From positions 64,001 to 128,000 of the forward strand of contig JAYKHS010000026.1 in the NCBI GenBank assembly GCA_035285865.1: a stretch of DNA of 64,000 nt, written 5' to 3'. The notes under the pieces are model-generated. The model did no database searches. It had not been told where the DNA came from and saw only the letters and a list, made by a program, of their open reading frames with translations. This stretch comes from Candidatus Sericytochromatia bacterium. Lineage in GTDB: Bacteria; Cyanobacteriota; Sericytochromatia; S15B-MN24; VGJW01. The translations under genes and the position numbers were made by a program. Numbering within the stretch: the first letter of the stretch is position 1; each line of letters begins with the position of its first letter. Shown here one piece after another: positions 48,484-57,515 of the stretch.

Positions 48484-49224
48484 GTGAGCAACATGCGCGC
48501 AGGGGGATTCGCGGGGGTGGCCGTCGCCGCCCTCATGTTGCTGCTCGCTGTCACGCCCGGGGCCGAGGCTCGGCCGGCGCTCGGTCGCGTGGCTCTGGAC
48601 ACGGTGCGGGCTTCGCTGCAGGCGCAGTACCCGGGGGGCGAGGTCGAGGTCAAACCCCTGCTTCCCGAGATCTCCACCATGATCCCAAAGGGGGCGGTCG
48701 ACCCCACGCTGCGCCTCTCGGGTCCCGTTCGCCAACTGGGACCGTCCGTGCCCGTTTCTCTGGATGTCCTGGACCGGAACGGCCGCAAGATCGCCTCCGT
48801 GGTGCCTCGATTCTCCGTCGAGGTTTGGCGCAACCTGCCCGTGCTCGCTCGGGCGATGCCACGCGGCACGGCCCTCGCCCCCGCCGACATCGAGGTCCGG
48901 CGGCTCGCCCAGAGTCGCGTGACCGGCTCGGTTTTGCTTGACGTGGGGTCTTTGATCGGGGCCAGACTGGTCCGCAGCCTCGCCAGCGGCAGCGTGCTCG
49001 TGACCCACATGCTTGATCTGCCTCCCGTGGTCCGCCAAGGGGCAACCGTGCGCGTGCACGTGCGCAGCGGGGGCCTCGAGGTGCTCGGACAGGGGACTGC
49101 ACTACAGGACGGGCGCGTCGGCCAGGTCATCCGGATGGTCAATCCGACCTCGCGCAAGGACTTCCTTGCCAGGGTCCGTGACGCCGAAGTTGTCGAATTG
49201 GATCTCGGGGAGGAACTCGAATGA
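48484..49224 (+). CDS. flgA: P-ring chaperone FlgA
   Basis: SAF-like region, VVRQG, GTALQDGRVGQVIRMVNP. Confidence 0.88.
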   Translation: MSNMRAGGFAGVAVAALMLLLAVTPGAEARPALGRVALDTVRASLQAQYPGGEVEVKPLLPEISTMIPKGAVDPTLRLSGPVRQLGPSVPVSLDVLDRNGRKIASVVPRFSVEVWRNLPVLARAMPRGTALAPADIEVRRLAQSRVTGSVLLDVGSLIGARLVRSLASGSVLVTHMLDLPPVVRQGATVRVHVRSGGLEVLGQGTALQDGRVGQVIRMVNPTSRKDFLARVRDAEVVELDLGEELE

Positions 49225-49847
49225 TGCGGAGCCTCGCGTGCCTCGCGGTGACCGCGGTGTTGGTCGTCGCACCCACCGATGCGGCGCGTGCCGACTCACT
49301 CTTCCCCGACAGCAACTATGGCGGGCTGATAAGCGATCAGGTCGGGGATCGGCGCATGGCCATCGGCCCGGGCTCCCTCGTCACGGTGGTCGTGACGGAG
49401 AACATCCAGGCCGAGCAGGCGGCGACGACCCGTACCATCAAGGATTCCAAGGTCTCTTCGTCGTGGGACTTCGGGTCGATCTTCGGCATCGGCGCCAATA
49501 ACCAGGGCTCTTTCAACAATCAGGTCGAGATGTCCGGAAAGGCCGACTTCAACGGCGACGGCGTGACGCGTCGGGGTGGGACGATCTCGATGCTTGTGGC
49601 GGCTCAGATCACGGAAATCCTTCCTGATGGCTCGATGCGCATCAAGGGTTCCAAGGATCTGGTGGTCAACGACGAGAAGTCGACGGTGGTGATCTCGGGC
49701 GTGGTCCGCCCGTGGGACATCGGCATCGACAACCGGATTCCCAGCGAGCGGATTGCCGGCTTCCAGCTCGAGTACCAGGGCTCGGGGCCCAACTCGGCGA
49801 AGACCACACCAGGCCTGTTCTCGCGTCTGCTGAACTGGCTGTTCTAG
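49221..49847 (+). CDS. flgH: L-ring protein FlgH
   Basis: GSLVTVVVTE, EILPDG, ISGVVRPWDI..DNRIPSERIA. Confidence 0.9.
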   Translation: MMRSLACLAVTAVLVVAPTDAARADSLFPDSNYGGLISDQVGDRRMAIGPGSLVTVVVTENIQAEQAATTRTIKDSKVSSSWDFGSIFGIGANNQGSFNNQVEMSGKADFNGDGVTRRGGTISMLVAAQITEILPDGSMRIKGSKDLVVNDEKSTVVISGVVRPWDIGIDNRIPSERIAGFQLEYQGSGPNSAKTTPGLFSRLLNWLF

Positions 49848-49859
49848 GGGCTTGCCAAC

Positions 49860-50987
49860 TTGAGACCCACACGCGCCATTCCCGGATGCCTGATGCTTGT
49901 CGGCCTCCTGCTGCTGCAGGCTCTGCCTTCACGAGCTCAGGTCCTGCAGGGTAAGCCTGCGCGGCTCAAGGACATCGCGACCGTCTCGGGAGCGCGATCC
50001 AATATCCTCCACGGCATGGGACTGGTGGTAGGCCTCGATGGCACGGGCGACTCCCAGACGACGGGTTTCACCGAGCGGGCCCTGCGCAACTTCATCCAGG
50101 CCGCCGGCATGTTCCCGACCGAGCGGCTGCGGACGCGCAACGTAGCCGTCGTTTCGGTCGATGCCCGCTTGCCGCCCTTCTACAAGCCCGGGCAGACCAT
50201 CGACATCACGGTGTCGTCCATCGGCGACGCCCGCAGCCTAAACAACGGCGTCCTGATCCCGACCGCGCTCAAGGCCGCGGACGACAAGGTCTACGCCGTG
50301 GGCCAAGGGCCGCTGAGCACGGGCGGCTTCGGCATCGAGGTGAACGGTTCCCAGGTCAAGAAAAACCCGACTCTGGTGGCGCGCATCCCGAACGGCGGGC
50401 TCGTCGAGCGAGAGGTGCCGGTCACGGTGCTCGATGCCAACGGTTTCCTCTACATCAATCTCAACAATCCGGACTTCATCACGGCATCCCGCGCGGCCGC
50501 CGCCATCGGACGCTCCTACCTCGGCTCGGCCCAGGCCCTCGACGCCGGGACCATCCGGGTCTACGTGACCAACCAGTATCGCGACAATCTCGTGGATCTG
50601 GTGGCGCGCCTCGAGGGTCTCGAGGTGGCACCCGACGCCGTGGCCAAGGTCGTGGTCGAGGAGCGCACGGGCACGGTCATCCTCGGATCCAACGTGAAGA
50701 TTGATCCCGTGGCCATCAGCCATGGCGGGCTTATCATCAAAGTCGAGACCAAGTTCAACGTCTCCCAGCCCAATCCATTGTCGGCCGGCCAGACGACCGT
50801 CACTCAGGAGTCCCAGGTCTCCGCCGAGGAGCAGAAGGCCAAGGCGGTCATCTTCGACAAGGGCACGACCCTGGGCACGCTTGTTCGGGCCTTGAATGCG
50901 CTGGGCACCACGCCGCGCGACCTCATCACCATCCTGCAGAACATCAAGGCGGCCGGTGCCTTGAACGCCCAGCTGGAGATCATCTGA
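49860..50987 (+). CDS. flgI: P-ring protein FlgI
   Basis: RLKDI, GLVVGLDGTGD, SSIGDARSL, ERTGTV, AGALNAQL. Confidence 0.95.
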   Translation: MRPTRAIPGCLMLVGLLLLQALPSRAQVLQGKPARLKDIATVSGARSNILHGMGLVVGLDGTGDSQTTGFTERALRNFIQAAGMFPTERLRTRNVAVVSVDARLPPFYKPGQTIDITVSSIGDARSLNNGVLIPTALKAADDKVYAVGQGPLSTGGFGIEVNGSQVKKNPTLVARIPNGGLVEREVPVTVLDANGFLYINLNNPDFITASRAAAAIGRSYLGSAQALDAGTIRVYVTNQYRDNLVDLVARLEGLEVAPDAVAKVVVEERTGTVILGSNVKIDPVAISHGGLIIKVETKFNVSQPNPLSAGQTTVTQESQVSAEEQKAKAVIFDKGTTLGTLVRALNALGTTPRDLITILQNIKAAGALNAQLEII

Positions 50988-51415
50988 TGCAGGTGCCCCC
51001 GCCACCCGGCTTGCCCCCGTCACGGGGGGCGCAGGCTCCTGCTCGCTTCGGGCAGGATCTGTCGGCCACGTTGCCCGGGGGCGTGCCTCCGATGTTGCCG
51101 CAGATTGCGGGTGCGGCCGGCGTTCGTCCCGTCGTGGGTACACCCGCCGGCGTGACGGGGAACCAGATGGAACCGGCAAATCCCGAGGAGGCGGCAAAGG
51201 CGTTCGCAAGCATCCTTTTCGGGTACATGTTTGCGGAGATGCGCCCCAAGGAAGAGGACAGTCTGCTCGGGGGCGGGGATACCGAGATGTTCATGGACTT
51301 CTTCGATCAGGCGATGGCCAGGAATTTCGTCGACCAGGGCAACCCCCTCGTCGACCTGATCGTGGATCGTCTGTCGCCCAAGGACACCGGCAAGGGAGAA
51401 GCTGGTCCCTCATGA
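50987..51415 (+). CDS. flgJ: FlgJ-like rod-binding protein (no muramidase domain)
   Basis: EEAAKAFASIL..MFAEMR...EMFMDFFDQAMA. Confidence 0.75.
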   Translation: MQVPPPPGLPPSRGAQAPARFGQDLSATLPGGVPPMLPQIAGAAGVRPVVGTPAGVTGNQMEPANPEEAAKAFASILFGYMFAEMRPKEEDSLLGGGDTEMFMDFFDQAMARNFVDQGNPLVDLIVDRLSPKDTGKGEAGPS

Positions 51416-52134
51416 GTGACAAGCGTGCCACGATGCCGGGCTCCAAGGGGGCTCCGGCGCTTGATGCCGCGCAAATCAAGAAGTACGAGGGTCTGGTACG
51501 CAGCATTGCACGCAAGCAGCTCGGCAAGCTGCCGCAGCACTACGAGCTCGAGGAGCTCATCGCGGACGGCTGGATGGGGCTGATGATGGCGCATGACCGC
51601 TTCGACCCGGATCGTGGCGTGAAGTTCGAGACCTTCGCCACCTACTACATCCGTGGCGCGATGCTGGACAACCTGCCCAAGCTGCCCAAGCCGCCCAAGA
51701 TCAAGGGGGAAAAGGGGCCCGAGGCGCCCGAAGGTGCGCCAGCCGAAGGCGAAGAGGAGGGCGAAGCAGCCCTGATGGTCAATCGGGTGACCGAACTGGC
51801 ATACAGCTATCTGCTCTCGCTGGATGATCCTGCCGGTGGCGATGGGGACGACGGGTATTCGCGTCTGGACCAACTCGGTCGCTGGGACAACAAGCAGAAG
51901 GAGCTGGAGGAACAGGACCTGCACCGGATCCTGAAGCTGACCATCCAACTGCTCGAGGATCGCGAGCGTATCACGCTCGAGAATTACTATTTCAAGAACA
52001 TGAGCTTCGCGGAGATAGGCGAGATGCTCGGTCTCTCCGAATCGTGGGTCAGCCGGATCCATCGGCGGGCGCTCAGTCAGGTGCGTCAGAAACTGGGCAA
52101 GAAGAAGTCGATCGACGACTTCATCAGCTGGTAA
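51412..52134 (+). CDS. FliA/WhiG-family sigma factor with aberrant region 3
   Basis: RFDPDRGVKFETFA..IRGAMLD; EIGEMLGLSESWVSRIH. Confidence 0.85.
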   Translation: MSDKRATMPGSKGAPALDAAQIKKYEGLVRSIARKQLGKLPQHYELEELIADGWMGLMMAHDRFDPDRGVKFETFATYYIRGAMLDNLPKLPKPPKIKGEKGPEAPEGAPAEGEEEGEAALMVNRVTELAYSYLLSLDDPAGGDGDDGYSRLDQLGRWDNKQKELEEQDLHRILKLTIQLLEDRERITLENYYFKNMSFAEIGEMLGLSESWVSRIHRRALSQVRQKLGKKKSIDDFISW

Positions 52135-52149
52135 GGGCAGGAGGGCGAC

Positions 52150-52551
52150 ATGGACCTGTTCGGCAAGGAAATCCGCGGGCTCGAGCGCGCGATGGACGGC
52201 CTGTCCCGGCGCATGGAGGCCACGGCCCTCAACCTGGCGAACGTGCATACCCCCGGTTATGCGCGGCGCGATGTCCGGTTCGAGGACTCGCTCGCCGAGG
52301 TCCTCGATTCCATGGAGGTGCCCATCGATCCCGAACGGACGGAGGCACCCGAGGATCCTTCCTACATGATTGAGCAATGGCAGCCAAGGACCGAGATCGA
52401 TGAGCGCCGTCCCCAGCGGCTCGATGGCAATGGGGTGATCCTCGAGAAGGAGGTTTCGACCGCCAGCCAGGCTGCTCTTCGTTTCAACGTCCTGGCCACG
52501 AGCGTCGCCGGGGACTACCGCGACCTCAAGTTCGTCATCGACGCCAAGTAA
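52150..52551 (+). CDS. flgB: Rod protein FlgB
   Basis: NLANVHTPGYARRDVRFE, RLDGNGV. Confidence 0.9.
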   Translation: MDLFGKEIRGLERAMDGLSRRMEATALNLANVHTPGYARRDVRFEDSLAEVLDSMEVPIDPERTEAPEDPSYMIEQWQPRTEIDERRPQRLDGNGVILEKEVSTASQAALRFNVLATSVAGDYRDLKFVIDAK

Positions 52552-52563
52552 TCCAGGCCGTGG

Positions 52564-52600
52564 GGGCTCCGGGCATCGCGCCCGGGGCCCTTTAATTCTT
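52564..52600 (+). terminator. Intrinsic terminator between flgB and flgC
   Basis: gggctccgggc/gcccggggccc stem followed by tttaattctt. Confidence 0.65.
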
Positions 52601-52685
52601 CATTGGCGAACTTTTCGGTTGCATCATCCGGGGGTACAAGAAAGCCGAACCGTCCTGGCCCGGTATTCGCTGGAGGTGGCGTCCG

Positions 52686-53084
52686 ATGAGCCTGATGAAC
52701 GTATTCAATACCGGCGAGAGCGCGCTTGCCGCCAACCGGATGTGGTTGGAGGTCATCGCGGGCAACCTCGCCAATGCGCAGACCACGCGCACGGACGAGG
52801 GCGGTCCCTACCGCCGCAAGGTGCCGCTGTTCTCCGAGGTGCTGGACGCCGAGATGCAGGGCGTGCGCGTGTCGGCCATCGAACAGGACCAGAGTCCGCT
52901 CCAGAGGGTCTACAAGCCCGGCCATCCGGATGCGGACAAGGATGGCTTCGTCAGCATGCCCAACGTCAACGTCGTCACCGAGATGGTCGACATGATTGGC
53001 GTCCAGCGCAGCTATGACGCCAACGTCACGGTCATGCAGGCCATCAAGTCGATGGCCAACAAGTCCATGGACATCGGGAGGTAG
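52686..53084 (+). CDS. flgC: Rod protein FlgC
   Basis: NLANAQTTR, GGPYRRK, YKPGHPDAD, PNVNVVTEM. Confidence 0.95.
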   Translation: MSLMNVFNTGESALAANRMWLEVIAGNLANAQTTRTDEGGPYRRKVPLFSEVLDAEMQGVRVSAIEQDQSPLQRVYKPGHPDADKDGFVSMPNVNVVTEMVDMIGVQRSYDANVTVMQAIKSMANKSMDIGR

Positions 53085-53087
53085 CGC

Positions 53088-53465
53088 GTGCGCATCGACG
53101 GTTTCCGAACGCCCGGTGTCGGTCAGGCCTTCGGGGGTTTCCCGGCCTTCGGGGACTTCCCGGCCATGCCCGAAGCGTTGTCGTCCGACAGCAAGATGCC
53201 ATCCGTCACCGATTCCTTCGAGGCAAGCGAGGATGATGGTCCCGGTGCGCACTTCGCGGCCATCCTGAACGATGCCATCGATTCGGTGAACGCGCAGCAG
53301 ACTCGGTCGGAGCAGATCACGATGGACTTTGCCTTGGGCAAGGCGGTTGACCCGCATGCCGTCATGATCGAGAACGCCAAGGCGGAGACGCTGGTCCATC
53401 TCACCAGCAGCGTCACCAACAAGATGGCGCAGTCGTTCCAGACCCTGATGAATCTCCAGATCTGA
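53088..53465 (+). CDS. fliE: FliE
   Basis: FAAILNDAIDSVN...HAVMI...NKMAQSFQTLMNLQI. Confidence 0.88.
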   Translation: MRIDGFRTPGVGQAFGGFPAFGDFPAMPEALSSDSKMPSVTDSFEASEDDGPGAHFAAILNDAIDSVNAQQTRSEQITMDFALGKAVDPHAVMIENAKAETLVHLTSSVTNKMAQSFQTLMNLQI

Positions 53466-53472
53466 TCGCCGC

Positions 53473-55395
53473 ATGGGCTTCCTGCAGAATCTGACCCCCC
53501 AGCAGCGGATCGCCCTGCTCGGCGGTGGCGGTGGTCTGATCCTGTTGCTGATCGTCGCCATCACCTTTGCGGTGATGTCGGGCGGCAAGAAGGACGAGCC
53601 GCAGGCCCGCGAGCAGGAGTCCGGCTACGAGGTGGTCTTCAAATACCTGCAGCCCAAGGAGATGGACGAGGCGGCCGCCGCCCTGAAGGCTCAGAAGATT
53701 CGCGAATTCAAGTTCACCGAGGACGGCACGCTGCTGGTCCAGAAGGACAAGGTCGTCGACGCGCGCGTGGCGCTGGGTGAAGCGCAGGTCCCCAAGAACC
53801 CGAACAACCAGGGTCTCGAGATCTTCAACAAGAAGGACTTCATCTCGACGGACTTCGACAAGAAGATCGCCTTCCTGCGGGCGCTCAACGGCGAACTGAC
53901 GCGTCTGGTCCGCAAGGTCCAAGGCGTCGAGGACGCCACCGTGCTCGTGAACATGCCCGAGGACACGCTCTTCCAGCAGGAGAGGAAGGCCATCACGGCC
54001 AGCGTGATGATCAAGATGGAGGCCAGTCGCCAGCTGACGCCCCAGCAGGTCGAGGGCATTCAGCACATGGTGGCTTCCGCCGTTCCGGGCCTGCTCACGG
54101 ACAATGTCACCGTCGTGGACGATCAGGGTAACCTCATCTCGAGCGGCCTCGAAAACAACATCGGCGACCAGAACGAGCGCCTCGTTTCTCGCGCTATTGA
54201 CCAGCAGATGAAGATTACCCGGTCCATGGAAGGCGAGATCCAGACCAGCCTGCAGTTGCTGCTCGACAAGTTGGTCGGCAACGGCAAGTCCGTGGTGCGC
54301 GTGCGCCTTGAGTTGGATTTCAACAAGCGTCAGGTCCGCAATCGCCTCCTGGCCCCCGTGACGGCCAACGGCGAGCCCATGAGCAGTGCGCGCTCCGTGC
54401 AGCGTGAGACGCTGAAGAACGGGGCGCAGGGTGCCGCGCCCGGCACGACGGCCAATCTGCCCAGCTACCCCTTGCTGCCCGGGAACGTCTCGGGCCAGCC
54501 CGGCGTCGCGGGGTCGACGCAGGGTCAGGAGACCTCGCGCGAGAACATTCGCGAGCAGCCTGCCTTCAACCAGGAAGACCAGATCGTCCAGACGGCCTCA
54601 GGCAACATCAAGCGGATGAGCATCGCCGTGCTCCTGCCCGAGACGGTCAAGCCCGAGGCCGTCGACAAGCTGCGCAACGTCATCGCGGCTGCTGCGGGCG
54701 CCGATCCGGCCCGTCGGGATCAGGTCACGGTCGAGCGGGTCAAGTTCGACACCACGCTCATGGACCAGCTCAAGGAGCAGCTCAACAAGAAGGAAGCCGA
54801 GGCCAAGGCGGCCGCGAAGAAGAAGGGCGCCGTTGGCTGGAACCTGGTTATCTGGGGCGGGGTTGCCGCCTTCGTGTTCGCGGCGATCGTGGCGCTCGTC
54901 TCCCGGCGCAAGCGGTCGACCGAGAACCCGTTCGATGTCCTGTCCTCTGGCCTCGATGCCGAGGCCTTGCCGTCCGGCTTCGAGGGACCCGGGGCGTTGG
55001 GTGGATTCCCGACCCCCGAGCAGCTGGGTGCCTTGCCCGGCGGGATGCCTCAGATGGGCGGATTCAACCAGGACCAGACCGACTATGCGGCTCAGGCGGG
55101 TTACGGGGCACCCCAACAGGATTTCGGGGCCCAGCAGGCCGGGGGGCCCTTCGACTTCACCTATCAGGTCGGTCCCGATCAATTGGCCGAGGCCTTGGCG
55201 ACCGAGCGTCCCGCCACGGTCGCCGGCGTGCTGGCCCAGCTTGACCCCTCGTTCGCCGAGACCGTCATCGCCAGCCTGCCGCCGGACATTCAGGGCGACG
55301 TCTTCAACCGGATGGGCTCCGCGGCACCATTGCCGTCGATGACCCAGCGGATGGTGTCGCAGAACCTCAGGCGCAAGCTGGGGGTTCCGGTCTAG
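53473..55395 (+). CDS. fliF: MS-ring protein FliF with C-terminal FliG-like domain
   Basis: GLEIFN, RALNGELTR, TASVMI, VASAVPGL, second TM; tail PFDF...ERPATVAGVL. Confidence 0.9.
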   Translation: MGFLQNLTPQQRIALLGGGGGLILLLIVAITFAVMSGGKKDEPQAREQESGYEVVFKYLQPKEMDEAAAALKAQKIREFKFTEDGTLLVQKDKVVDARVALGEAQVPKNPNNQGLEIFNKKDFISTDFDKKIAFLRALNGELTRLVRKVQGVEDATVLVNMPEDTLFQQERKAITASVMIKMEASRQLTPQQVEGIQHMVASAVPGLLTDNVTVVDDQGNLISSGLENNIGDQNERLVSRAIDQQMKITRSMEGEIQTSLQLLLDKLVGNGKSVVRVRLELDFNKRQVRNRLLAPVTANGEPMSSARSVQRETLKNGAQGAAPGTTANLPSYPLLPGNVSGQPGVAGSTQGQETSRENIREQPAFNQEDQIVQTASGNIKRMSIAVLLPETVKPEAVDKLRNVIAAAAGADPARRDQVTVERVKFDTTLMDQLKEQLNKKEAEAKAAAKKKGAVGWNLVIWGGVAAFVFAAIVALVSRRKRSTENPFDVLSSGLDAEALPSGFEGPGALGGFPTPEQLGALPGGMPQMGGFNQDQTDYAAQAGYGAPQQDFGAQQAGGPFDFTYQVGPDQLAEALATERPATVAGVLAQLDPSFAETVIASLPPDIQGDVFNRMGSAAPLPSMTQRMVSQNLRRKLGVPV

Positions 55396-55409
55396 CGGCC
55401 GGTTGATCC

Positions 55410-57515
55410 ATGCCGCAGCGCAAGGGGCTGATTCCTGATCTGATCCTGGCCGGGATCGTCATCCTGGTCCTTGCGATCCTCGTCATTCCGCTTCCCTTGT
55501 GGATGCTGGACCTGCTGCTGATCATCAACCTGGTCGCGGCTCTGGTCATCGTCTTCGTCTCGCTCTATCTGGTCCGGCCCCTCGAGTTCGCAAGCTTCCC
55601 GTCGTTGCTGCTGATCATGGCGCTGTACCGCCTGGCCTTGTCGGTGGCCACGTCGCGGTCGATCCTCAGCCATGCGGAAGCCGGCAAGGTCATCGAGACC
55701 TTCGCCAACTTCGTGGTCGGCGGCAATTTCATCGTCGGTTTCATCCTGTTCGCGATTCTGATCATCGTGAACTTCATCGTCATCACCGAAGGTGCGAAAC
55801 GGGTCGCCGAGGTTGCTGCCCGGTTCACCTTGGACGCCATGCCTGGCAAGCAGATGTCCATCGATGCCGACCTGGCCGCAGGCCTCATCGATGCGGAGGG
55901 TGCCAAGAAGCGCCGCACGGACCTCGAGCGCGAAGCCAACTTCTTCGGCGCAATGGACGGTGCCAACAAGTTTGTTCGGGGCGATGCGATCGCCGCCATC
56001 ATCTTGATCTTCGTCAACATCATCGGCGGCATCCTGATTGGGATCCTGCAGAAGGACATGGAGGTCGAACAGGCCCTCAAGGTCTATTCGCTGCTGACAA
56101 TCGGCGACGGCTTGGTCGGCCTGATACCCGGCCTGTTGATTTCGATCTCGGCCGGTTTCGTGACCACGCGTGCGGCCTCGGACTTCAATCTCGCGACGGA
56201 CCTCAAGAACCAGCTCTTCACCAGCCCGAAAGTCCTTGGCATCGTCGGCTTCGTCATCATCATGATGGGCTTCATTCCGGGCTTCCCGACGGTTCTGATG
56301 CTGTTGCTCGGGCTTGGTATCCTCTTCGCGGCCTTCGTTGCCTACAGAGGGGGACTGCTCGGGGCTGCACCGCCCTCCCTGGCGGGAGATGCGCCACCGA
56401 TGGGTGACGAATTCGACGACTACCAGCCGGAGTCGGACGAGGACCTCAAGAATCCCGAGAACGTCATGAAGATGCTCGGCGTGCCGCCGCTGACGCTCGA
56501 ACTGGGCCTCGATCTGGTACCTCTGGTGGACCCCGGCCTCGGTGGCGAGCTGATGGATCGCGTCGTGCCCATGCGCGTGGCCATCGCGTTGGACCTCGGT
56601 TTCGTCATGCCGGGTATCCAATTCAAGGACAACCTCAATCTGCGGCCGAATGCCTACCAGATCCTGGTCAAGGGAAACACCGTCGCCACGGGCGAGCTGC
56701 TGGTCGGCTACATGCTGGCCATCCAGCTCAACACGACGGACCTGTCTCAGGAGTTGGTCGGCTTCCCGACGAGCGATCCGGCGGGCAACCGTCCTGCTGT
56801 CTGGGTGGCCGGTGCCGAGGCGCAACGAGCCGCACAGCTGGGCTACCTGATCCAGGATCCGACCAACGTGCTGACGGCACACCTTGAGGAAGTGGTCCGG
56901 GCACATGCTCACGAGATCCTGAGCCGCGAGGAGGTCAAGATGATGCTCAACCGGCTGCAGGAGCGTGCCCCCATCACGGTCAAGGAGCTGGTGCCCGAAG
57001 TGCTTGCGCTGGGCGAGGTACAGCGCGTCCTGCAATCGCTCCTGCGCGAGCGGGTGAGCATCCGTGACCTCGCCACCATCGCCGAGAAGCTGGCCGACTT
57101 CGGCAAGATGACCAAGGATGTCTTCACGCTCACCGAACTGGTGCGGCAACAGCTTTCCCGGAACATCTGCGCTTCTGTGGCCGACGATGAGGGTCGCATC
57201 GACGTGATCACGCTTGATCCAGCGGTCGAGGGCGCCATCCAGCAGGCCATCCAGCCTGGACCTCAGGGACCGACGCTGGCGCTGAACCCCCAGATCGCCC
57301 AGCTGATGCTTGCGCGGCTGGCTGGCGTGGTGAACGAGGCCCTCGCCAAGGGCCAGAACCCGGCAGTGCTCGTCAGCCCGATTGTGCGTCCCCACGTCAA
57401 GAACCTGGTGGATCGCAACTTTCCGAACCTTTCGGTTCTGTCCTACTCCGAGATCAACGCCAAGTTCAAGGTCCAGGCGATCGGGGCCGTCTCGATTGCC
57501 GTCGGGGCTGCTTGA
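55410..57515 (+). CDS. flhA: Export gate protein FlhA
   Basis: RVAEVAARFTLDAMPGKQMSIDADL, FFGAMDGANKFVRGDAI, LTIGDGL, LLRERVSIRDL. Confidence 0.96.
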   Translation: MPQRKGLIPDLILAGIVILVLAILVIPLPLWMLDLLLIINLVAALVIVFVSLYLVRPLEFASFPSLLLIMALYRLALSVATSRSILSHAEAGKVIETFANFVVGGNFIVGFILFAILIIVNFIVITEGAKRVAEVAARFTLDAMPGKQMSIDADLAAGLIDAEGAKKRRTDLEREANFFGAMDGANKFVRGDAIAAIILIFVNIIGGILIGILQKDMEVEQALKVYSLLTIGDGLVGLIPGLLISISAGFVTTRAASDFNLATDLKNQLFTSPKVLGIVGFVIIMMGFIPGFPTVLMLLLGLGILFAAFVAYRGGLLGAAPPSLAGDAPPMGDEFDDYQPESDEDLKNPENVMKMLGVPPLTLELGLDLVPLVDPGLGGELMDRVVPMRVAIALDLGFVMPGIQFKDNLNLRPNAYQILVKGNTVATGELLVGYMLAIQLNTTDLSQELVGFPTSDPAGNRPAVWVAGAEAQRAAQLGYLIQDPTNVLTAHLEEVVRAHAHEILSREEVKMMLNRLQERAPITVKELVPEVLALGEVQRVLQSLLRERVSIRDLATIAEKLADFGKMTKDVFTLTELVRQQLSRNICASVADDEGRIDVITLDPAVEGAIQQAIQPGPQGPTLALNPQIAQLMLARLAGVVNEALAKGQNPAVLVSPIVRPHVKNLVDRNFPNLSVLSYSEINAKFKVQAIGAVSIAVGAA

